Part shown: positions 56,939-64,000 of the stretch, in pieces | How positions within the stretch are numbered: position 1 is the first letter of the stretch | Layout of the letters: each line of letters starts with the position of its first letter | DNA from: Candidatus Nomurabacteria bacterium | GTDB lineage: Bacteria > Patescibacteriota > Minisyncoccia > Phycocordibacterales > UBA918 | DNA: 64,000 nt | Reading direction: 5' to 3' | NCBI GenBank assembly: GCA_020632075.1 | Contig: JACKGH010000001.1 | Span: 729,778-793,777, forward strand | Notes under the pieces: generated by a model | What the model saw: the letters and a program-made list of their open reading frames with translations, nothing else | Told to the model about the DNA's origin: nothing | The model's database searches: none | Program-made: the position numbers and the translations under genes

Positions 56939-57687
56939 TCCTCAGACTGCCGCCAACGTTTTGGCTCTGGTAGCTGTTTCCACAACAACTTGAACAATTT
57001 CCTTTGGAAGTTGGCGATTTTTTTAGACCGCACAATGAATACACTTTCATTGTCATGATCAATCATCACTGTGCGATCGGAGTAGATCATCTGCGATACG
57101 TTATCATCAAACAAATCTACTGACTCCGGAATCACTTTGACCAATCGGTCTAGTCGCTTGGTTTTTTGCGCGGCGCGAGATTCACTTGTGATAACCTGTC
57201 GGTCAAAATGACCCTTACTTCGCCTGTCACGATACTTCTTAGATGTGTGAAAGTGCTTCTCGTTTAAATTTCGCGCACTATATCGATAGATCACTTCCCC
57301 TTTAGGGAGAATGTCTGCGATATCATCAAACAACGCATTATAGGCCTGCTTACCAAGCAAGAAGGTCACATCAGGCTTTTGTTGCTGACCTTCATATACT
57401 CCCTGCAACTCATCAACATCTTCAGAAAATGCCCCGATGTACTCCTGAAGACGATCGTGGAGAAGGCGCGGCTCAATTGGCATGTAGTACATTCGTTTGC
57501 CAATTACCTGCTCTACCACGACTCCTTTTTTAACCACTACCGGCAACAGTTTGTACAACCGTGGACGATGTAGGGCAGAATGCTTAGCTACACCAGCCAA
57601 CGTGAGTCTGCCGTACTTACACAATGTGGTGTAGACCGTTACCTCATCAGGTTCTAAACCTAGTGTTTGCAGTGTCTTATACTTCAT
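56935..57687 (-). CDS. TrmB-family transcriptional regulator-like protein
   Basis: N-terminal wHTH ([30 protein letters not shown]) followed by a TrmB-like C-terminal domain. Confidence 0.6.
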   Translation of the reverse strand: MKYKTLQTLGLEPDEVTVYTTLCKYGRLTLAGVAKHSALHRPRLYKLLPVVVKKGVVVEQVIGKRMYYMPIEPRLLHDRLQEYIGAFSEDVDELQGVYEGQQQKPDVTFLLGKQAYNALFDDIADILPKGEVIYRYSARNLNEKHFHTSKKYRDRRSKGHFDRQVITSESRAAQKTKRLDRLVKVIPESVDLFDDNVSQMIYSDRTVMIDHDNESVFIVRSKKIANFQRKLFKLLWKQLPEPKRWRQSED

Positions 57688-57843
57688 ATGTACTTAAATA
57701 GTACACTTTTTTTATTTAAAAATACAATAGTATATTTAAAATAAAGCTATTTATATGCTAAATAAAATTAAATTCAAACAAATATAGTACAAATCTATAT
57801 ATATTTATTGCAGATGCACCTTACTAGAGGGAGATATACGATC

Positions 57844-58566
57844 ATGAAACTACCTACCGAACTTGTGCTACTGCGCCACGGTCAATCTGAAGGCAACATT
57901 GCCTCCCGTGCTTCACGTGACGGAGACCACAGTCACTACACCCCTGAGTTTCGCAGTCAATCTTCAATGTTTTGGCGCCTTACTCCAACTGGTAGAAAAC
58001 AAGCAGAACATGCTCGCGACTGGATGAAGCGTAATCAGTTGACTGATTTTGATCTCAACGTCCACTCGGATATGACACGTGCAATCGAGACGGCTCATAT
58101 TGCAGCACCTGGGATCAACTTCTGTGGAACCTCCTTGGTTCGAGAAAGGTCATGGGGTGTACTAGACACTCTTCCCCATAACGAAAAACATCTGTATCCA
58201 GGCAGCAACTTGTTGCTACGAGACAAAGATCCGCTTAGTTGGCATCCACCTGGCGGTGAAACGATGTGGCAAGTCATGGAACGAGTGCGAAGGTTTCTGA
58301 ACAACCTATCCTTGTTCTCAAGCGAATATCGCACAGTGAGAGTAGTGTGTCACGGTGAAGTAATGTGGGCATTCAGGTACATACTGGAGCACATGAGCCC
58401 ACAGGAGTACCGGCTGATGTATAATTCTGAAAAATCAGAGCATATTATGTACAACTGCCACCTACTTCATTATAAAGACAACCATCAAGGATCATATCGC
58501 TCAATGTATTCGGTCTGTACCTACAAACCAGAACGATATGAATCAGGCTGGCTCTCGATCAACTAA
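57844..58566 (+). CDS. histidine phosphatase superfamily protein (phosphoglycerate-mutase-like)
   Basis: LVLLRHGQSEGN (RHG catalytic motif). Start at ATG 57844 with GGAGA 9 nt upstream. Confidence 0.7.
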   Translation: MKLPTELVLLRHGQSEGNIASRASRDGDHSHYTPEFRSQSSMFWRLTPTGRKQAEHARDWMKRNQLTDFDLNVHSDMTRAIETAHIAAPGINFCGTSLVRERSWGVLDTLPHNEKHLYPGSNLLLRDKDPLSWHPPGGETMWQVMERVRRFLNNLSLFSSEYRTVRVVCHGEVMWAFRYILEHMSPQEYRLMYNSEKSEHIMYNCHLLHYKDNHQGSYRSMYSVCTYKPERYESGWLSIN

Positions 58567-58641
58567 CTTGTTGGCGCTTTGGCGCCAACTTTTTTTATGG
58601 ATAGTTTTCTAGTACACTCAGTATCGTAAATCAAAGATAGT

Positions 58642-59184
58642 ATGTCTGGACACAACAAATGGTCAAAGATCAAACATAAAAAAGCAGCAACTGATGCAGT
58701 GAAGAGTAAGATCTTTTCAAAACACTCAGCGCTCATTACTATGGAAGTTAAGAAAGCAGGTGGTGATGTAAATTCAGCCAATGTACTCGCCGCAGTAGAC
58801 CGAGCCAAGAAAGACTCCATGCCGAAGGATAATATTGAGAAAGCACTTGCAAAAGGAAGTGGCGCAGGGGGCGCTGCTCTGGAGGAAGTGCTATTTGAAG
58901 GATATGGACCTGGCGGTGTTGCGATGCTGATCCAGGCAGTAACCGACAACAACAATCGCACAGCACCTGAGATCCGTCACACCTTCTCCAAAGCCGGTCT
59001 TGAGCTTGGCACCCCTGGTTCGGCTGCTTGGGCGTTTACCAAAACTACTGAGGGCTACGTTCCTAATACCCCTATGGAACTCGATGATACCACTGGTGAA
59101 AAGCTCGCTGAATTCATTGAAGCCCTGGAAGACAATGATGATGTAACCAATGTGTATACTGCTGCGGATTCTCCAGAAGAGTAA
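58642..59184 (+). CDS. YebC/PmpR family DNA-binding regulator (short form)
   Basis: MSGHNKWSKIKHKKA N-terminus and EGYGPGGVAMLIQAVTDNNNRTAPEIRH block. Confidence 0.75.
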   Translation: MSGHNKWSKIKHKKAATDAVKSKIFSKHSALITMEVKKAGGDVNSANVLAAVDRAKKDSMPKDNIEKALAKGSGAGGAALEEVLFEGYGPGGVAMLIQAVTDNNNRTAPEIRHTFSKAGLELGTPGSAAWAFTKTTEGYVPNTPMELDDTTGEKLAEFIEALEDNDDVTNVYTAADSPEE

Positions 59185-59307
59185 TTAGGTAAACCACCCA
59201 CAAACAATCAGACTCAACGGCTTCGCTCCAGGCATTGTCGCTGCAGATGTTTCGCTAGATTGTTTGCGGGTGGTTTCTTTTTTGTCACTTAGTTATACTC
59301 TTGTTGT

Positions 59308-59787
59308 ATGAAAGTGATATCAGTCGACCCTGGTTATGATCGTCTTGGTGTGGCCATCATGGAACTAGAAAATGGATCAGAAAAGCTGATTCACTCAGAG
59401 TGTATTGAGACTGATAAGAAGTTGTCACTCACCGAGCGCCTCAAAACGATCGGAGATCGTTTTGAGGCGCTCCTCTTAGCCCATTCCCCCACCGCACTTG
59501 GGATTGAAACACTCTTCTTCAACAAAAACCAAAAGACTGCTATGGGAGTGGCACAGGCACGAGGCATTCTCATTTATCTCGCTCAGACACACAATTGCAC
59601 CGTGTATGAATTTAGCCCGCAAGAGATAAAGGTTGCTACTACCGGCTATGGAAAGAGCGACAAGGCCGCTGTGATCGATATGGTTCGTCGACTCATTACA
59701 GACGCACCTGTGAGTGCTCTTGACGACGAGTACGATGCAATTGCTGTTGGCATAACCTGTCTTGCGCATCACGGGCGAACCAAGTAA
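59308..59787 (+). CDS. ruvC: crossover junction endodeoxyribonuclease RuvC
   Basis: VISVDPGYDRLGVAI (catalytic Asp), E...D...H/D pattern, 159 aa. Confidence 0.85.
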   Translation: MKVISVDPGYDRLGVAIMELENGSEKLIHSECIETDKKLSLTERLKTIGDRFEALLLAHSPTALGIETLFFNKNQKTAMGVAQARGILIYLAQTHNCTVYEFSPQEIKVATTGYGKSDKAAVIDMVRRLITDAPVSALDDEYDAIAVGITCLAHHGRTK

Positions 59788-59900
59788 ACTACCCGGCAGC
59801 AAGTTTCCAAGAAAGATCATTTCTTACTTGCGGTGAGCGATAACAAGAGTTTATAACTCACAAAAATGCACCCCAAAACAATTGTCATCGGCGTGCTACT

Positions 59901-60194
59901 TTGATACAAAAAATACGTAATCGCATTGTTATGATTTACTTTCGAACAGACGACGAGGAAGAGGAAATGGAAACACCTGAAGAAGAGGATGAGGATGCGT
60001 CTCTCGACGATGACCTACTTGATGAAGTAGGTGGTGACGATGACGACTCAGAAGATGACACTGAGGGATTTGGTCATATTGATGAATCTGATGATGAAGA
60101 AGAGGAGGAAGAGGAAGAAGATAATGAGGAAGAACTTGAAGATGACGCAGAAGATGTTGACTACGACACCTTCGATGATGTTGATGAGATGTAG
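59901..60194 (+). CDS. highly acidic Asp/Glu-rich small protein (97 aa, about 70% D/E after residue 17)
   Basis: ORF with terminator 60296..60328 downstream. Start uncertain (59901, 59931 or 59967). Confidence 0.4.
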   Translation: MIQKIRNRIVMIYFRTDDEEEEMETPEEEDEDASLDDDLLDEVGGDDDDSEDDTEGFGHIDESDDEEEEEEEEDNEEELEDDAEDVDYDTFDDVDEM

Positions 60195-60295
60195 CCAAAA
60201 TTCACGAGCGTAGCGACTATAATTTTGGTTCTCCGAAAGCGTGCGCAATACCTAGCGCACAGCGTCGGAGGCTCACTACTTTGATACTACTTCAT

Positions 60296-60328
60296 AAAAA
60301 GCCGGCCCCTTTGGGGCCGGCTTTTTAT
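60296..60328. terminator. bidirectional terminator
   Basis: aaaaagccggcccc-tttg-gggccggctttttat. Confidence 0.65.
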
Positions 60329-60336
60329 GAACTTCT

Positions 60337-61581
60337 TTACCGTACCAGTACCACACTCAACTGCTTCTTACCACGTTTTAAAAGCAACACACCTTCAATA
60401 GTGTCGGCTGCAGATATCTCAACCTCGACCGAAGTCACTTTTTCACCATTTACCGAAACCGCGCCATCTTCTACAAACGTACGTGCTTCACGCTTACTTG
60501 CTGCCAGCTGTGTGGCCACTAACACATCAACAACGTTACTACCAGACTCAATCTCTGTACTCGGCGCATTTGCAAGCAACATTTCTCGTTCCACCGCTGA
60601 AAGTTCAGCTAATGACACACCACCAAACAAAATACCTGAGACACTCTCAGCCGCCCGTGCCGCCTCTTCCCCATGCACGAGCGTCGTCACCGCAAGCGCT
60701 AATGCCTTTTGTGCAGCACGTGCTCCTGGATCAGCTTGCTGCTCTTCTGCAATCTTCTCGATCTCATCCAAAGACAAAAATGTAAACCGCTTCAAATGCT
60801 CCACCACACTATCATCACTCACATTGAGCCAAAATTGGTAAAACTGATATGGTGAAGTTTTTTCAGGATCAAGCCACACTGCATTACCCTCACTCTTCCC
60901 AAACTTCTTTCCAGTCGCTTTATCAATAATAAGTGGCACAGTAACTGCATACACTTCAGTCTGCTTCTTGCGTCGCACCAACTCTACTCCTGAGACAATA
61001 TTTCCCCACTGATCAGAACCACCGATCTGAACGGTACACCCCTTGGTCTCAAACAGCTGTAGGTAGTCGTAGCCTTGCAAGATCGGGTAGGCAAACTCGG
61101 TGTATGAAAGTCCTGTATCACTTGATAGTCGTGTAGCGATCGCGTCTTTCTTGATGAGCTCATTGACCGTGTAATGCTTTCCAATATCTCGCAAAAAATC
61201 GATCAATTTGAGTTCACCAAGCCATTCTAGATTGTTTACAAATTCGATCTCAAAACCAGTAAAAAACTTCTCAGCTTGTACCTTAAGCTTAGCCACATTT
61301 TCTGCCACCGCAGCAGCGTCTTTCAGCTCACGTTCAGCATCTGGCTTCGGGTCGCCGATCATGCCAGTTCCACCCCCCACCAAGAAAACGATCTTATGCC
61401 CACCTTGAGCTAGATAGCGAAGCAACATCCAAATTACAAAGTTCCCAGCATGCGCTGAATCTGCACTTGGGTCAATACCATGGTATATGGTACGCTGCTC
61501 ACCATCGATAATGGTAGCGAGTGAAGGGCCGGCGATCTGGTGAATAAACCCGCGGGCTTCAAGTTCTTGTGAAAGGCTCAT
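60337..61581 (-). CDS. tyrS: tyrosyl-tRNA synthetase
   Basis: KMSKS motif KFGKSEGNAVWL, class I Rossmann N-terminus, C-terminal S4 domain. Confidence 0.9.
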   Translation of the reverse strand: MSLSQELEARGFIHQIAGPSLATIIDGEQRTIYHGIDPSADSAHAGNFVIWMLLRYLAQGGHKIVFLVGGGTGMIGDPKPDAERELKDAAAVAENVAKLKVQAEKFFTGFEIEFVNNLEWLGELKLIDFLRDIGKHYTVNELIKKDAIATRLSSDTGLSYTEFAYPILQGYDYLQLFETKGCTVQIGGSDQWGNIVSGVELVRRKKQTEVYAVTVPLIIDKATGKKFGKSEGNAVWLDPEKTSPYQFYQFWLNVSDDSVVEHLKRFTFLSLDEIEKIAEEQQADPGARAAQKALALAVTTLVHGEEAARAAESVSGILFGGVSLAELSAVEREMLLANAPSTEIESGSNVVDVLVATQLAASKREARTFVEDGAVSVNGEKVTSVEVEISAADTIEGVLLLKRGKKQLSVVLVR

Positions 61582-61657
61582 AGTGAAACAATGCTATCAC
61601 ACAATCGTACTAAATTGTCTAGACAACTCATGCTAACATGGCTATATAGCTAATTAT

Positions 61658-63916
61658 ATGAAACGAATCCGCTCTTGGTTTGGAAAGAACTGGAAAGAAA
61701 TGATCATTGATCTTTTTATTTTTGGTTTCGCAGCACTTATCATCGTTGCTGCTGGTGTTTTAGTGTGGATCTCCACTTTAGAGATCCCAGACCTTTCTGC
61801 CTTTGAAGAACGCCGCGTACTCCAATCAACCAAGATATACGACCGTACTGGTGAAGTCCTCCTCTATGACCTTCATCAAGATGTCCGTCGCACCATCATC
61901 CCTTTTGAGGAGATGTCACGTCACATCAAGAATGCTACCGTTGCTATTGAAGACGACCAGTTCTACAACCACATCGGAATCGATTTCCGAGCGATCATTC
62001 GCGCAGCTGTATCCAACTTCACTGCTGGTGATCTCCTTGGCGGACAAGGTGGTTCGACCATCACCCAACAAGTCATCAAAAACTCCGTACTTGATCGTGA
62101 TAAAAAACTAAGTCGAAAGGTTAAGGAAGCGATCCTCTCGATCAAACTTGAACAAGTAATGGAAAAGGAGGATATTTTGGAGATCTACCTAAATGAATCA
62201 CCATATGGAGGAACCATTTACGGTATTGAGGAAGCTTCACGAGCATTCTTTGGAAAAGGTGCAAGTGAACTTACGTTAGCTGAAGCGTCTTATCTCGCAG
62301 CGATTCCACAAGCTCCTACTTTCTATTCACCGTACGGAAATAACCGCGATGCGCTTGATGCTCGGCATTTACTTGTACTTGATCGCATGCGACTCAATGG
62401 ATTCATCACTATTGAAGAATATGACGAAGCTAAGACGGAAGTGGTTGAATTCCAACCACAAGCCGTGACCGGCATCCGCGCCCCACACTTTGTTATGTAC
62501 ATCGTCGAACAACTTGCTGAGAAGTATGGTGAAGAAGCGATGGCTGAACAGGGTTTCCGAGTTATTACCACTCTTGATTGGGAACTACAAAAAGAAGCGG
62601 AACGGATCGTGGCACAAAAAGCTGCCTCAAATACTGAGCGTTTTAATGCTAGCAACGCCGGTTTGGTAGCAACCGATCCAAAAACCGGGGACCTATTGGT
62701 AATGGTCGGATCACGAGATTACTTCAGCGAAGACATTGAAGGAAACTTCAATGTCACACTAGCACCCCGTCAACCAGGTTCATCAATCAAACCATTCGTA
62801 TACGCCAACGCTTTCCGCAAAGGCTACTTACCTTCAACCATCTTATTTGATGTTGCAACACAATTCTCACCACTTTGCGAGCCATGGGACACCAGCTCAG
62901 AATCGCCATGTTACGCACCACAAAACTACAACCACAAGTTTGTCGGCCCGATCAGCATGCGAAATGCTCTCGCTCAATCGCTAAACATTCCTGCCGTTAA
63001 GACCCTTTACCTGGCCGGATTACAGGACACACTTAAATTTGCGGCTGACATGGGACTCACCACGCTCAATGATCCAGACCGGTATGGCCTCACACTCGTG
63101 CTTGGTGGTGGTGAAGTGCGACTTATGGATATGACCTACGCCTACGGCGTATTTGCCAACGGTGGCCTTCGAGCAGAACCGCGTACAATTCTCCGAATCG
63201 AAGATAGTCGAGGAACGGTCCTGGAAGAACCTGAAGTGGTCACTAATCGTGTATTAGACGAAAATGTTGCCTATATGATGAGTGATGTGCTCTCCGACAA
63301 CGTGGCGCGTACTCCACTCTGGGGCTCAAACTCAATGATCAACTTCCCTAACCGCGATGTGGCTGCAAAATCAGGAAGCACCAACAATCTCCGTGACGCG
63401 TGGATCATGGGCTATGCACCTAATATTGCGGTTGGTGCCTGGTGTGGAAACAACGATAATGCAGCTATGGGCGGTGGTCTTTCAGGACTCATCACCACCC
63501 CAATGTGGCGTGCTTTTATGGATATTGCGCTAGAAAAACTACCTGAAGAAACATTTCCTCAGCCACAGATCAATACTGCAGGTGTAAAACCGATCCTACG
63601 CGGCGAATACATCGATACCGCCCTGCTCCTTGAAGCAATGCAAACCCAAAACGCCACTGACGATGAAGGGCCAAAAATTGACATCGCAACTGTGTACGGA
63701 AATATTCATTCTATCTTGCACTTTGTTGATAAAGACAACCCACAAGGCGGATACCCTGCTAATCCAAACAATGATCCACAATATGACAACTGGGAGTACG
63801 GGGTCCAAAAATGGAACGAGGAGACATTTGGCCTGCTTCTTGAAGCACAAAACGTTGATGCGACTGAAGATGAAGAACCAGCATCCGAAGATACTACTCG
63901 CCGCAGGCGTAATTAG
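61658..63916 (+). CDS. class A penicillin-binding protein (PBP1A: glycosyltransferase GT51 + transpeptidase)
   Basis: GT51 motifs EDDQFYNHIGID and RKVKEA. Transpeptidase SxxK (GSSIKPF), SxN and KSG(S/T) (KSGSTNN). Confidence 0.85.
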   Translation: MKRIRSWFGKNWKEMIIDLFIFGFAALIIVAAGVLVWISTLEIPDLSAFEERRVLQSTKIYDRTGEVLLYDLHQDVRRTIIPFEEMSRHIKNATVAIEDDQFYNHIGIDFRAIIRAAVSNFTAGDLLGGQGGSTITQQVIKNSVLDRDKKLSRKVKEAILSIKLEQVMEKEDILEIYLNESPYGGTIYGIEEASRAFFGKGASELTLAEASYLAAIPQAPTFYSPYGNNRDALDARHLLVLDRMRLNGFITIEEYDEAKTEVVEFQPQAVTGIRAPHFVMYIVEQLAEKYGEEAMAEQGFRVITTLDWELQKEAERIVAQKAASNTERFNASNAGLVATDPKTGDLLVMVGSRDYFSEDIEGNFNVTLAPRQPGSSIKPFVYANAFRKGYLPSTILFDVATQFSPLCEPWDTSSESPCYAPQNYNHKFVGPISMRNALAQSLNIPAVKTLYLAGLQDTLKFAADMGLTTLNDPDRYGLTLVLGGGEVRLMDMTYAYGVFANGGLRAEPRTILRIEDSRGTVLEEPEVVTNRVLDENVAYMMSDVLSDNVARTPLWGSNSMINFPNRDVAAKSGSTNNLRDAWIMGYAPNIAVGAWCGNNDNAAMGGGLSGLITTPMWRAFMDIALEKLPEETFPQPQINTAGVKPILRGEYIDTALLLEAMQTQNATDDEGPKIDIATVYGNIHSILHFVDKDNPQGGYPANPNNDPQYDNWEYGVQKWNEETFGLLLEAQNVDATEDEEPASEDTTRRRRN

Positions 63917-64000
63917 AGGATTGCTACGGGAGCGTTATTTTTCCCTAGCGAGCGTTGCAAGTACTCCAAGATATCTTTTTGCCGCATCCGCAATTCCGTC

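Noticed and set aside
1-64000. Looked for CRISPR arrays, integrases, transposases, phage structural genes and toxin-antitoxin pairs
   Set aside because: No regularly spaced direct repeats and no recombinase or transposase motifs were seen in any frame. The only mobile-like signals are the MITE-like repeats and tRNA-adjacent scars reported above.

Overview
Read by eye, this 64-kb window encodes about 55 proteins and four tRNAs (Arg-TCT, Arg-GCG?, Ser-TGA, Lys-TTT), with compact genes, weak ribosome-binding sites and long perfect-palindrome bidirectional terminators. GC is roughly 50%, with a few AT-rich islets. The gene content (type IV pilus PilM/N/O plus a distant PilB ATPase, RND and MacAB/YknXYZ-type exporters with no outer-membrane factor, a TM7-like housekeeping set) suggests a Patescibacteria/CPR-like or other monoderm genome; that is inference only. 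Housekeeping genes are polA, ruvA/ruvB/ruvC, ruvX, yebC-like, tyrS, a class A PBP, rpsT, murE-like, lnt, holA, tsaE, a TcdA-like ThiF enzyme, trmH-like, csaA-like and the pnuC-nadR NAD salvage pair.

Accessory content worth a second look:
1. A tight four-gene lipid operon: a PlsC/OlsA-like O-acyltransferase, an Sfp-type phosphopantetheinyl transferase, a dedicated ACP and an OlsB/FeeM-like N-acyl amino-acid synthase. It is flanked by tandem membrane-anchored SGNH hydrolases and a convergent MacAB-like exporter, and is a candidate aminolipid (ornithine- or glycine-lipid-like) pathway.
2. A tRNA-dependent cyclodipeptide synthase (CDPS) homolog wedged between polA and holA.
3. An AT-rich islet beside tRNA-Arg carrying a class II Fic AMPylator, an atypical kinase-fold protein and a small membrane protein.
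4. A CsoR metal repressor with a textbook operator palindrome, sitting between a divergent RND efflux operon and a DUF2202 protein.
5. A three-gene surface-protein operon: a 998-aa giant protein flanked by two paralogous signal-peptide/C-terminal-anchor proteins.
6. A CoA-transferase::GNAT fusion next to an HxlR-DoxX pair.
7. A MITE-like 93-bp element with 19-bp terminal inverted repeats, plus a degenerate second copy.
8. tRNA 3' ends embedded in long palindromes, and an inverted tRNA-Ser 3'-half remnant.
9. Several structured non-coding regions.

No CRISPR array, integrase or transposase was seen.
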